From Salisapilia sapeloensis CBS 127946 (Eukaryota > Protista > Oomycota): DNA of 64,000 bases. Location: NCBI GenBank assembly GCA_023334545.1, contig JAADVB010000065.1, positions 1 through 64,000 on the forward strand, given 5' to 3'. Positions 44,126 through 55,369 of this stretch are shown in pieces. The position numbers were made by a program, and so were the translations under genes. The notes beneath the pieces were generated by a model that saw nothing but the letters and a program-made list of their open reading frames with translations, did no database searches and was not told the origin of the DNA. Within the stretch, counting starts at the first letter, position 1. Every line of letters starts with the position of its first letter.

Positions 44126-46331
44126 ATGAAAGTGGTAAGCAAGGTCTATACTGCTACTTGATTATACGAGACTCATTGCAGTGGTGCAGATTCAATTGGG
44201 TGGCACCAATGATGCCTTGTGTCAATTCGTTAGTTTAGGAGGGTATCACCTCTTGCTGGACTGTGGCATCCATCTCAACTTTCGAGAGGACGGGAAGGTT
44301 TTGGCCGTGCTGCCTGATGTAGAGCGGGTGGAAGTTGGCGGTGTGGATATATTACTTTTATCGAACCACAGCAGTACATTTGCACTGCCGTTCCTCGTTA
44401 AATACTTCGGATTTCGAGTATCTATTTGTATATTTTACTGGTTAATCGTCCATACTCATTATTGCTGCTTCGTACAGGGCAAAATATACGCTACAGCCGC
44501 AACCGTGTCCTTTGGTCGTGCGATGCTCAATCAGTTACTAGACCAGGCCTCGAACGGGAATGTCATCTTCACGTCCTATGACGGCTCGAAAGAGTTTCAT
44601 CTTTCGCCGAGTGAAATCGCCGAGAGCTTTGACCAAGTCATTCATATCGAGTACAAAGAAGTGCTGAAGCTCCAGTACAATATCCAGATCATAGCACTCA
44701 GTTCAGGGTTTTGTCTTGGTGCTAGCATTTACGTCATTGAGGGAGGCGGAGAGAAACTGGCGTACGTCCCAGCCGCGTCGGGCGACCTCAACCGCCACCC
44801 GAAAGAACTGGACTTGACCCCTTTGGCTAATTGTGAAACGCTTTTCCTTACAGACCTCAAACCTGACCGTGACCCCCATGCGACGACGGAATATCGTGTC
44901 GAGCAGTTACTCGCAAGTGTGACCCAGGTGCTGGACAGAGGCGGCATCTGCATCTTCCCCTGCTCGCCCACCGGCACCGTCTACGATCTCATTGAAGCCG
45001 TGTCTGCCGTCTGTCTCCGCTCACGTCAGCATCCTTCTCCTATGGTTCTAGTTTCGTCTTTAGCAAAGGAGATCTTGGAGCTCATTCAAGTCGGTCCGGA
45101 GTGGTTGTGCGAAAAGAAGATCGAACGACTGTATGCTGGAGAAGATGCGTTTCCGTTGCAATGGCTCGTAAACAACAATGTGTTGCACTTGGTTCCAGAG
45201 GTGACGCCACAACTGCCTTCGTTGTTGCAGGTATGTATCGATCTATCTCGGATGTCGCAGTACTCCACTCATACGTGCTGATAGAATGGAGGAGTTGTCT
45301 TTGCGGATGATCCGACACTTCGCTTTGGACCGGCTGCCGATGTCATCCGGATGTTTGGCGAGGATACGAAGAACGCCGTTCTTTTGATTGGTATGTGCAT
45401 CCTCTATCCCTTCTCCATGTGACGCTTACCCAAGTGTCCAGACCCGACGATTGATCCGAATGTGGCGGTGAGTCCGCTCATGTCGCTCCCGCTTGAGAAG
45501 ATGGCGTGTCCGATCGACGCGCGCTTGAGCTGTGGAGATGCGAATCAGTTCGTGACTCGTTGTGCACCGACGGCACTGATTGTTCCGTACGAGTACACCG
45601 TTGCACCGGACGCTAATCGAAACGACGAGGCTTCCCGTTTTATCAAGGTGGCTCCTTTATCCGAACTGATCGTTGCCAAGCCAAAGACGGAGCTGCAGAC
45701 GGTGCCTATAAAGAGACTGGAACCTGTTCAGATGGACAAGGGCTCCAAGTACATCGACGGATGGCTCGACCCAGAGGTAAAGATGTAACTCGTCATACGT
45801 CTTGATCGTACTTCATCTGCTTTGTAGCTGTCTGTTAAGGTGAAGCTGACTCAAACCGGTGGGAAAGCGGTGGGAGGTGTTCGCGGCGTCTTTCGAGCAG
45901 AGAAGGATACCTTTATCCTAGAGGAGTTGGGACCCCAACCTAAACTTCAGACAGCAGAGGCAGATCCGAATGAAGGCAAGAAGGTAACCGGTAAGCGCAA
46001 ATCTCCAGGTCAGTCGACGTCGTACCACTCGTCTGCATCAATTGCCAGTCAGGACCGTCTCGAGTTTCAAGAGCAGAGCAGCCTGGTCTTTGGTACCATT
46101 GACGAAGAATATCTGATGCGGCAAATCAAGAAGCATGATCCGAGTGCACAAGTGTTTGCGACGCAAGGGCCACATGGGGCAGATGTGCTTTTAAACATTC
46201 CGTCGATGGAAGCAAAGGTGACTTTGTGGAAGGACGAGCCGAAGACGCTCGTGGAGACAAACAACGAAAATGCTAGAAACTTGCTGTCGTCCCTCATCAC
46301 GGCGCAACTAGTTACGTTTGCACCGTACTAA
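44126..46331 (+). CDS. INTS9: Integrator complex subunit 9-like (catalytically degenerate beta-CASP), about 6 exons
   Basis: MKV|IQLGG...LLDCG, VDILLLSNHSSTFALPFL, GKIYATAATVSFG, SSGFCLGAS, RHPKELD, FPCSPTGTVYDLIE, WLCEKK...FP, CPIDARLS. GT-AG introns near 44135, 44420, 45231, 45391 and 45777. Confidence 0.85.
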
Positions 46332-46482
46332 TATACTCGTTTCCATTCGAAAAGTGTTCATGCATGTCGAAGGATGATATTTTCCGAGGGAAGGAAGCTT
46401 CCATCTAAAATATAAATAGACTCTTCGATCCTATTTGCGGACCTGGGGGAGAAAGAGGAGTATTCAAGGTGATTGTGAGCGG

Positions 46483-48543
46483 ATGACTAAAACTGAGCCA
46501 TGGAACGAGCTCAATAATGTGCCCCCGATGTTTCGAAGAGGTTATTATCAGAATCTTTGTGCATTGTTCCTGTAGCTCATCGCAATGTAGGTATCTCGAA
46601 CAAGTTTACAAAGGATCATCGAGGCAACTTTCAAGACACAAGTATTAATGGTGCCACGGCATCTCGGTTACGAGCTGAGAAGAGAGCTGCACGACAGGCA
46701 GAAGCTATTCAGCGACAACAAGAGAAAGTTAGTCATGAGGTATTTGCGCACTATGTTCCCGAGACTATTAACTTGGTCAGGCTAATGCCATGTGATGTCA
46801 ATGCGATAGATGAAGAAAATTGAGGAACTAACGCGGTATCTTCACCGACAGCAGGCGAGAGAGGCTGATCGACTACGAAACCGATTGAACTACTCTGCAA
46901 TTGTTATACAGCAGGCTTGCAGTCGGGCTATGCTCAGGTGGCGGAGACGACAGCAACTTCAGTCAACGGTAATCCAGCGCTATTGGCGTGGTTACAGGCA
47001 CCGACAGCGGTATCTCGGGATGAAGCAAGAGCTGCGTCGCTTGATGCTTGATCACTCTGCTTGCTTGATCACGAGATCGCTGAGGATTTACATCCTTTAC
47101 CAAAGACGAAAGCGAGTAGTTGTAGCCCAAGACAAAGCAGCATTAACGATACAACGGGTTGTTCGAGGTATTATCGGACGACGGCAAGCCGACATGGTAG
47201 TTTGGGATCTCCTCAATAAAGCCAGAAGGAACTGGGCAGCTATCAACATCCAAAAAAACATGAAGTGTTACCTCATGAGGACCGTCTATCTCGATATCCT
47301 CTACTTAGTTTGCCGTATTCAAGCTAATATGCGAGGATACCTCATACGCAAGCGCCTCCGATGGATTGCATCAATAGACATCGACGGGTTATGTAAATTT
47401 CAAGCATTATATCGAGGTTATGCTTTAAGACAGCGACGAAAACTTTGTTTCAGCAGGAAGCGGGTAAGCGATAGTTTGGGTTCAGAGGCGTTTACGACTA
47501 CTTTTCCAGCTCACCAACTACTTGCTCGTCGGTCCCTTCCATCGGAAACCACTCTATGCACTTCCAATCGTCTTGGGACTCCACCACTGCGTAAAGCAGA
47601 CTCCCTTCGGACGCGAACTTGTGAAGATACTTCGATCGGTACAGGCATCAAGCGACCCTACTGGGTTCCTTCAGGAATCAGTACATCTACGACCACTGTG
47701 CGTCTTCCCGCTTTAACGCAGTCCCGAAAACTTTCCATGTCGTTGGCAAATGAGGGTAGAATGATGCAGTCGTTTGGTAACTTACAGTCCATTCAGACAA
47801 CTCCAAAGAAGAGATTTCAAAGAACGATACGTCCAATACGACTGTCCCCTGTAGAGCACTTACCACACTCAGCATGCTCGCCTTTAACCTTGGAAAGTGA
47901 AGTGCCATCGGAGGACTGGGATCTAGAGTATCGCCAAAGGCGGGAGGAAGAGCTAAAGGCCAAGCTGATGTACCAACAGCAGCAAGCAAAGCGTCGACAG
48001 GAACTAGAGCTACAACTAAAAGAGGAAAGAGCTCGTGAAGCGAGTGAGAGGAAATTAATGGAAATGGAAGAACGTCGGCAGAAATTGGAAGTTAAAGTAC
48101 AAAATCGTAGAGCTAGAGATTTGATCAAGAGAAGGTTTTGCAAGGAGCAGCGTTTGATGCAGCAAGAAAAGATGAAGATGGCGCGCGAAGAGCGTCTGAT
48201 GCGTCTGCACATGAAAGTTAGGAGTCGAAAAGTGTCGGAGGAAGTTGCTACCAAGAAAAAGGAGGTCGAGCCTAAGCAAAGTGGTAGGAAATGGACTCCA
48301 CAAGAGGGAACCTTACTGCGCTCAGCAGGTAGCACCAAGTCGAAAACCAAGCTAAAGGTTAATAGCAAAGAGGGCAAGGCAAAGACCAGATCAAGTAAGA
48401 AAGCCAAGCTTCATTCATCGTTACTCTTTCCAGAAGTATCTGTTACAGCGAGAGAACCATCCAACAATAGCGTTCATGTCGAGTACGGAGATGAATTTGA
48501 GGATATAGTGGACGAACAAGAGCTTGTCCGACTGCTCTGCTAG
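46483..48543 (+). CDS. Multi-IQ-motif (calmodulin-binding) coiled-coil protein; 5' exons tentative
   Basis: IQRYWRGYRHR, IQRVVRGIIGR, IQKNMKCYLMR, IQANMRGYLIR, FQALYRGYALR. Probable introns 46541-46590 and 46728-46809. Confidence 0.7.
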
Positions 48544-48550
48544 CATGTGC

Positions 48551-51052
48551 TTAAGCGACGTCCTTTCTGCGGAACAGGTACAGGTAGCCGCTGTCGAAGG
48601 GCGGGTATTCCGAGAGCGCTACTTTGTCATCGTTAAAGATAACCCATCGACCTTCCTTCTTCATGTGCGCCACGTAATGACCCGAGTTGACGTTCTTACC
48701 AATGTGGCTGACAAAGCCCATCAACTCATACTCGTGCTCGGCTTCAACGTCCAATCTCTTGAGCCCTCGTGCATTCGACTGCTGACCGTCGGCAGATGCG
48801 ACGGCGGCGTCCAAGTCGTCCATGTGACTAAACAGCCACTCGGCTGCGCGGTCTGGGTTTTGGTCAGTTTGCTTGAGCGCAACTGTGGCCTGCTCGTCCG
48901 TGAAACCCATGGCCATGAGTGTCGATACAAGCTCTGTATTTACGTCTGGCGTTTTCGTCTTAGCGGCAGGAGGGTCGTTAAAGTCGGCGTCCTCCATGTG
49001 AGCCAAGACCCACTCCATGGCAGCTTCCGGCGATCCGTTGTTGGTGGCAATGGCAGCACGTTTGCATCCGTTGATGGGGAAGCCCATGCTCATGAGCTGC
49101 ATCACCAACGTCTCGTCCGGCTCCACTTCCTGCGACTCGGATGCTGAGGCTGCTTCGTCCTCTGGCAGCAGCGTCTCGTCTGGCTGTGGGCCTGTAGCCT
49201 TATAGTCCGAAGCAGAGAGGTAGGAAGACAAGGAGAAGGTCTCTGGCACGTCGACACTAACGTCCATTTTCTTGGGCGTCCAGTCATCCGAGACGTAGAA
49301 GCGGCGCATCTGGAGAAGCAGGTAGCGAGGATAACTTTTTAATCGAACGACCTTTTCGGCATCTCCTTTCTGCTTTGTTGCTGGCGATAAAAAGTCGTGA
49401 ATGGTTTCCGTCGCAAAGTACGAGCGCAAGCACGCCTCGAACGGTACCTTCGGGACGACAGCCTCTCCGCTGTCGTTAGCGTCCGTCCGCTGTCGTTTCT
49501 GTTCCTTTTCCAAATACGCCTGCACCTCGCTTTGGTTCGTCGCACAGTCCATGGGAATAGGCATCTGCAATATACTCTCGTCTCGGCTGACGTACTTGAC
49601 CTGCTTCGAAGCGAGACACTGGACACGGTCTTCTAAAGCGAATCGGAAGAGCTGGGAGGTAGGTGTGCTCTTCGACTCAGCGTCGGACGGAATCAACGCG
49701 CCGATGCGGTCGACAGACGTACGTTCACTCTTCTGCATCACATCGAGCAGGTAGAAGAGGTATTCGACTGCGTCCTGCTGCTGGTTTGTGGAAAAGTCCG
49801 GATGTCCTCGTCCGACAAGAGATCGGAATGTCGTCGGACGCAGCTCTGGGTCTTTCCACTCCTCCACCAGTTCTCCGTCTTCTATCGTACGCTTGTACCT
49901 GTCTGTGAGGACACCTTTGGCCAATTTGGCAAGTTGCGTGGGCAAATCGTCCGACGGATTGTCCGGCGCGGACTGGAAGACCACGTCCGCCGGTTCCAAG
50001 TATCTGTTCTGCACTTCGGTCATTGCCAGCAGGAGTTGTAGCGTCGAGTTCATGTAGCAACTGTTGCCGAGGTTCTTGAGGCCAATGTACCCTGCGCCCG
50101 TCACTGGCTGTAGCTTGTTCCCGGCCTCGGTGATCTTGTCAAATTCGTACGACATGTTCAGGCCGACCTGCAGTTCATCCATCGACTTGTCCGTCTTTTT
50201 CATCTGGGCGACGTTGATGCCAAAGTGGGCCAAATGGGCGCTCAAGTGAGGATCAATCACCATGTCGTCTTCGTCCGCAGCGTAGCTGTACACGTCTCCA
50301 CCTTCTGCCGTGATCGTGCCTAGTTTTACAGACAAAGGGAACTGCTTGTCAGTGTCGTCGTAGTGGCGGAGTGCCTCTCCACATCCGCCGGACCCGTCCC
50401 AGTTGCGACGCCCACAGCCAATGTATCCGTCCGACAGATTCATCCAGAGATTCTCCTTCTTGTCGCAATCACCAGCCTGGCATTGCCATTTAGACGGATC
50501 CGACGACACTTTTGTAGCATCCGGTAGCTGAACAAGGTTGTCGGCATATTTGGTAACCTTCCTCTGCTCCTCCCACGTCGCAACTTCCTCTGTCACAGTA
50601 TTGCCAGCGTGCTGGAGCACGCTCTCGACGCTTTCTTTTACATTCTGGGGGACAGCTGCATCATGCAGAGGAAGTTCCTGCGGATCTTCCGATTCGTTCG
50701 TAAAGATAGCGATCCGATCGTCTCGTTCGACATCGTACCTGTCTTCCTTATCGGCAGCGAAGCCTCCGACAGCAGACCCGATGGCCAACTTGGACGGAGT
50801 CTGCGCCTTCTCTTCTGTCTTATTTTTGGGAATCTTCTTGTAGCACCGATGAAGGTAGATGCTATTGGGATGCTTTAGTCGGTCGAGAAGGATGTACCGT
50901 TGCCCAAAGGATTGGAAAGTCGATAGATTCGTAAAGAGTCCATCGGTTGAAAATGGCGAGTCGAATGAGAACATGCATTCATCCTTGAACACTCGGTCGG
51001 ATGGCCGAGCAATGCGTGCGGATGCCGAGGCCACTTGTACTTTCACCTCCAT
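48551..51052 (-). CDS. UBP14: Ubiquitin C-terminal hydrolase, isopeptidase T family (USP5/13, UBP14)
   Basis: ZnF-UBP (WMNLSDGYIGCGR...GCGEALRHY), Cys box GLKNLGNSCYMNS, two UBA domains, His box SGHYVAHMKK...FNDDKV. Confidence 0.95.
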   Translation of the reverse strand: MEVKVQVASASARIARPSDRVFKDECMFSFDSPFSTDGLFTNLSTFQSFGQRYILLDRLKHPNSIYLHRCYKKIPKNKTEEKAQTPSKLAIGSAVGGFAADKEDRYDVERDDRIAIFTNESEDPQELPLHDAAVPQNVKESVESVLQHAGNTVTEEVATWEEQRKVTKYADNLVQLPDATKVSSDPSKWQCQAGDCDKKENLWMNLSDGYIGCGRRNWDGSGGCGEALRHYDDTDKQFPLSVKLGTITAEGGDVYSYAADEDDMVIDPHLSAHLAHFGINVAQMKKTDKSMDELQVGLNMSYEFDKITEAGNKLQPVTGAGYIGLKNLGNSCYMNSTLQLLLAMTEVQNRYLEPADVVFQSAPDNPSDDLPTQLAKLAKGVLTDRYKRTIEDGELVEEWKDPELRPTTFRSLVGRGHPDFSTNQQQDAVEYLFYLLDVMQKSERTSVDRIGALIPSDAESKSTPTSQLFRFALEDRVQCLASKQVKYVSRDESILQMPIPMDCATNQSEVQAYLEKEQKRQRTDANDSGEAVVPKVPFEACLRSYFATETIHDFLSPATKQKGDAEKVVRLKSYPRYLLLQMRRFYVSDDWTPKKMDVSVDVPETFSLSSYLSASDYKATGPQPDETLLPEDEAASASESQEVEPDETLVMQLMSMGFPINGCKRAAIATNNGSPEAAMEWVLAHMEDADFNDPPAAKTKTPDVNTELVSTLMAMGFTDEQATVALKQTDQNPDRAAEWLFSHMDDLDAAVASADGQQSNARGLKRLDVEAEHEYELMGFVSHIGKNVNSGHYVAHMKKEGRWVIFNDDKVALSEYPPFDSGYLYLFRRKDVA

Positions 51053-51140
51053 ACTTGTTGTACGCTGTCTGGAAGATTCTAACCATTGCAACCTTCGTGC
51101 AACCTCCTCGCACCAACATCAAACAGGTTTCAATCGCAAT

Positions 51141-54100
51141 ATGAGCGATCGAGAAGAGAGCGCCCTGGAGCTACCGCTCGTCGGGTCTCGAGATGACGGA
51201 ATCATCGATTTTGCACGCGTATATAGGCGTAGCAGAGGAGACCAAGGTATGGAGTCGATGAACGAACTCCCCAAGGAGTTTTCGACCAACAGCGAGCTCC
51301 AGAGGCAGCCAAAGGTGGAGACGGAGGACGAAGACTTGGTGCGTGAAGCACCTGATCAGACCCACTTGCTCCAATCTAGCCATGCGAGAGATGAGTCTTC
51401 ATCTGGCTTTCGACACGTACCTCTGAATGACGACGATGCCGTTCGAGAACGCCGAGGGAAGCCGATGCTACGCTTTACCAAGCCAACGACCGCGCCATTT
51501 CTAGAAGCTGCAGAGGTGGAGTGCAACACTAGACGGCGCATCCAGCTCCTGCAGGACGGTGGAAGTGATGAGCTGTATTCCAAGATTGAACAAGTTCCAT
51601 GGGAAGACGACATTCAGTGGGGATCGGATAACGAGAAGAAAAGGGATCATGACGACGCAAAGAAATCGAGTACAGCGCCACCAGCCAACACCTACAGTCG
51701 CAGCACTTCTGCTGCTGAGACCATGTGGGTACCGGACATGCGTCAGCAAGCGTTTGACATGACCAAGCCAGGTCTCCATCGCTGGGAGATTGACGGTGAG
51801 AGCAGTCGACCGAAAGCGACGGCTCCGAGAGCCCCGAAAGCAAATGCTCAAGATCTTCCTTGCGTGTTGAATGAAGAGTTTGAGCGAGGCGACTGGGTAC
51901 GAGCGATCGGGTGGGAAGCGACGTGGACGATGCCGGACAGCCAGCTCGTGCTAGATGAGAACGATACGCACCTGATCTTTTTGACAAAGGAGATGGAAGA
52001 GCTACGACCGACGCTGCGTATTCCAGAGCGCAAGTTGGGTGCCGCGGAGAAGAAGAGACAAGAGAACAATGCCAAGTTGACGGCCAAGAACCACCGGATC
52101 AAGGATGTGATGGACCACCTCGAATTTGGCGATGAAGTCGCTGAGAACAAGTTAGGCACAGAAGGAGGCAAGAAGCCGAGTAATAGTCGTGTGAAGAAGA
52201 GTATAGGGTACGTCCATCACTCAATGCCGGCGATTAAGCTGACGCTGACAAAGCCAGAGCTGCCAAAGTCTAAGCTACGTGACTTTCATCGTCCTCGAGG
52301 CCGATTTAAAATCAACGAGCACGTTGCGTTCGCTCCACCGCAGCCCACGAGCTCCAAGGCGCCAAAGAACGACTCGTCCGTTGTCGCTCAGATCAAGAAG
52401 AGCAGCGACTTGAATCCGACGGCCGGCGGGAAGCTAGTCATGATCGAGTACACGGAGCAGAACCCTCCGGTGTTGTCCAACCTCGGCATGGCGTCTCGCA
52501 TCCTGCACTATTGGCGTGCTCCGGAAGACGAGGAGAAGACGTTGGAGACGGCGTTCAAGAAACGTCCGAAGAAGTCACAGCCAAAGCCTCCGGACATGAA
52601 GATGGGTCAGGTGATTACGCTGGGCGAGAGGGACGAGTCGCCGTTCGTGGGCGACGTGCCACCTGGTCGAGTCGTCACGTCCTTAAACTCGAAGCTGTTC
52701 AAAGTGCCGCTCTTCAAGCACAAGCCTCGCGTGCCGTACGTGAAGGAGCCAGGTCAGCGCTCTCACGCTGCGTCGGAGCTCTTCCTGCTGTGCCGTAGCG
52801 CCAGTAAGAAGAAGGGTCTTGGTGTCCCTAAGTCCACGATGTACGTACTGGAGCTGCCGGACACATACTTGGCAGGCCAGATCGAGCCTCAGATGGAGGT
52901 ACCGGCGCCAAACTCTCGCAGTGCCAACGACTTTATTCGTCCATACATGTCCTTCCACATCCTTCGATTGTTCAAGAAAGCAAGCGATGGCGAGCGACTG
53001 AAGATTGAGGACATTGCTCGTGCGTTTCCGAACCAGTCGAGTACTGCGACGCGTAAACGTATGAAGGAGGTGGCGACGTTTGAGCGTGGCGGTAACGACT
53101 CTGGCTGGTGGAAAAAGAAGCCGACATCGATGCTCACGAGTGAAGAGGAGCTGGCGGACAGCATCTCACCAGAGTCAGTGTGTCTCTATGAGAGCATGAT
53201 GGCTGGTCATCGGAAGCTCATGGACATTGGACTAACGAGGATCTCGATGCCGACGGGCGTGAACACTGCTATCAACCACCTTTTGAAGCGACTGGAAGTG
53301 CGGAAGAAGACCTTGTCGCAACATATTATCGAGCCCCGAGGGCTGGACAAGCGCGCGAAGGAACGAGCGAAGACGGCACTCTTCAAGACCGATCCGGTCG
53401 TTCGGAAGCTGGAAAAAGAGATTCAGGTGGGACGGTACATCTACGAGCAACTGCAGCTGACGCCGTGGAATCTGACCAACAATTACGTCGAGTGTCACTT
53501 GCAAGGCAAGGGCTCTGGGATGCTCAAGCTCCGAGGACTTGGTGATCCGACCGGACGAGGGGAAGGATTTAGTTTCGTCCGTGTACCTCAGTCGCGTGCC
53601 AAGAAGCGAGATGGAGAGGACGATGGAGCAGGCAATGCAGCTGGATCGACGGCCGTCAAAGATGCAGTGGCAGCGGTGACGGGTACGGCGGCCGATCTGC
53701 GGAAGCTGAAGATGAAGGAGGCAGGAGACGTGTTGCGCAACTTGGGTCTAGCTGACGAAGACATTAAAAAACTGAAGCGATGGGATCGAATCCACATGGT
53801 GCGAGAGCTGAGTAGTCGAGCAACAGCACACGGCATGGCTGGGCCCTTGTCTAAGTTTGCTCGAGGGGCAAGGAAGAGTTTATCGGCACAGCAGCAAGAG
53901 TACAGAAAGCGATGCGACGAAATTTACGCGTGCCAGATGAATGTGCTATCGTCAGAGGAGCTTCCCGTGGCGTCGGATGAAGAGTCTGATGGAGAGGATG
54001 ATATGTTTGATGAGCTGACGAAGGACCTAGAAGACGATATCATCGGCAGCTCTAACGGAGACAATAAGATCGCCAAGCGCGGGCCGAAGAACATTTTCTC

Positions 54101-55343
54101 CAAGGGAGGCGGAGGACTCAATCGGACGGTGGAGGCCGTGGCGGAGCGAGAGGACGCTGCCGAGTTGAGAAAGCTTTTGCGAGATATGAAGGAAGACGCA
54201 GGCGAGCGTCGGCCGGATGTGGACAGTAGCCAGCTGCGCAGTCAGCTCCAGGCAAGCGGTATTGAAAGTAGCAGTGCGTCCAGGACTGGCGCGTCAAGAG
54301 GAGAGTCGGGTTTTAACAGTGCCACGGCGACTCCTCCATCCCAAACCCGAGCGTCGTCTCCGTCCATGCCTACTCCTCAGCCGAGTGCAAGGCCAACGAA
54401 GAAGGCCTTGATGCGTACCACTCGGACGATCAAAGAGGACGGGAGTGAAGATGTGAAGATTGAGTTCATCACGGACGAACGGCAAGTGCGTGAATTCCAG
54501 CGGCAGGAAGCGAGACATTCACGCAAGGATAATGCCACGAACCGCAAGAGGAAGCGCGTCCTTGGTGCGGAAGAAGACGCTGCGAAGAAACGCAAGCAGC
54601 TCCAGGATGAACTGAGGCAGCTGCAGAGGACGGAGGAGCAGAACAAGGGGTATCAGGAGATGCTGCAGAAGCAAGGCCAGCCTGGATCCGGAGCCTTCGA
54701 GTCAACGCCCCCAAGGGGTGGCATCCGCTGCACCCAATGTGGACAAGTGGGTCACATGCGGACGAATCGGAACTGTCCTCTGTACATGGCCAGCAGCGAG
54801 GCCAAGCCGAAGAAGGAGGAGGTGGTGGACGCAGACGGGAAGATCACTGTGAACCTGTCGGAGCTGAGAGAGGGTGCACGGCGAGCAAATGAAGAGAAGA
54901 AGAGGAAGAGACTGCAGGAGCAGCAGGAGCAGGCAGAGATATACCGTCGGCCGTACTTGAACAACGTGGTGAAGCAGAGCAGAAGCCGTATGCCTAAGGA
55001 ACAGCTAAATGAAACGCTCGGGCAAGTCGTGGACAACCTAATCGGTATGCCAGAGAGCGAGATCTTCCGCGCGGCAGTCAACCCAGAGGCTGTGCCAGGC
55101 TACTACCAGTTCATCAAGCACCCGATCGATCTCGGCGCGATCAAGCAGAAGACGGAGAAACAAGAGTACGACCTGATGCGTGACTTTGTGAAAGACCTGG
55201 AGCTCATGGTGAGCAACTCCAAGGCGTACAACGGCGACCCGAGCGTCTCGGTGATCACTCAGAACGCTGTACTTTTGCAAAAGAAGGCGCAGGAGGAGCT
55301 ATCTCAGGTCAAGACGGAAGGAGGGTACACGCCTCGAGACTAG
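51141..55343 (+). CDS. TAF1: TFIID subunit 1
   Basis: DUF3591 core (EYTEQNPPVLSNLGM, LTPWNLTNNY, GDPTGRGEGFSFVR), zinc knuckle CTQCGQVGHMRTNRNCP, one C-terminal bromodomain (YYQFIKHPIDL). Start taken at MSDREE. Confidence 0.95.
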   Translation: MSDREESALELPLVGSRDDGIIDFARVYRRSRGDQGMESMNELPKEFSTNSELQRQPKVETEDEDLVREAPDQTHLLQSSHARDESSSGFRHVPLNDDDAVRERRGKPMLRFTKPTTAPFLEAAEVECNTRRRIQLLQDGGSDELYSKIEQVPWEDDIQWGSDNEKKRDHDDAKKSSTAPPANTYSRSTSAAETMWVPDMRQQAFDMTKPGLHRWEIDGESSRPKATAPRAPKANAQDLPCVLNEEFERGDWVRAIGWEATWTMPDSQLVLDENDTHLIFLTKEMEELRPTLRIPERKLGAAEKKRQENNAKLTAKNHRIKDVMDHLEFGDEVAENKLGTEGGKKPSNSRVKKSIGYVHHSMPAIKLTLTKPELPKSKLRDFHRPRGRFKINEHVAFAPPQPTSSKAPKNDSSVVAQIKKSSDLNPTAGGKLVMIEYTEQNPPVLSNLGMASRILHYWRAPEDEEKTLETAFKKRPKKSQPKPPDMKMGQVITLGERDESPFVGDVPPGRVVTSLNSKLFKVPLFKHKPRVPYVKEPGQRSHAASELFLLCRSASKKKGLGVPKSTMYVLELPDTYLAGQIEPQMEVPAPNSRSANDFIRPYMSFHILRLFKKASDGERLKIEDIARAFPNQSSTATRKRMKEVATFERGGNDSGWWKKKPTSMLTSEEELADSISPESVCLYESMMAGHRKLMDIGLTRISMPTGVNTAINHLLKRLEVRKKTLSQHIIEPRGLDKRAKERAKTALFKTDPVVRKLEKEIQVGRYIYEQLQLTPWNLTNNYVECHLQGKGSGMLKLRGLGDPTGRGEGFSFVRVPQSRAKKRDGEDDGAGNAAGSTAVKDAVAAVTGTAADLRKLKMKEAGDVLRNLGLADEDIKKLKRWDRIHMVRELSSRATAHGMAGPLSKFARGARKSLSAQQQEYRKRCDEIYACQMNVLSSEELPVASDEESDGEDDMFDELTKDLEDDIIGSSNGDNKIAKRGPKNIFSKGGGGLNRTVEAVAEREDAAELRKLLRDMKEDAGERRPDVDSSQLRSQLQASGIESSSASRTGASRGESGFNSATATPPSQTRASSPSMPTPQPSARPTKKALMRTTRTIKEDGSEDVKIEFITDERQVREFQRQEARHSRKDNATNRKRKRVLGAEEDAAKKRKQLQDELRQLQRTEEQNKGYQEMLQKQGQPGSGAFESTPPRGGIRCTQCGQVGHMRTNRNCPLYMASSEAKPKKEEVVDADGKITVNLSELREGARRANEEKKRKRLQEQQEQAEIYRRPYLNNVVKQSRSRMPKEQLNETLGQVVDNLIGMPESEIFRAAVNPEAVPGYYQFIKHPIDLGAIKQKTEKQEYDLMRDFVKDLELMVSNSKAYNGDPSVSVITQNAVLLQKKAQEELSQVKTEGGYTPRD

Positions 55344-55369
55344 AAAGAAGGAAAATACATTCTTTGGCT

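Noticed and set aside
50859-51140. N-terminal ORF extension of TAF1 overlapping UBP14
   Set aside because: Largely the reverse complement of UBP14 coding sequence; ATG 51141 is the more plausible start
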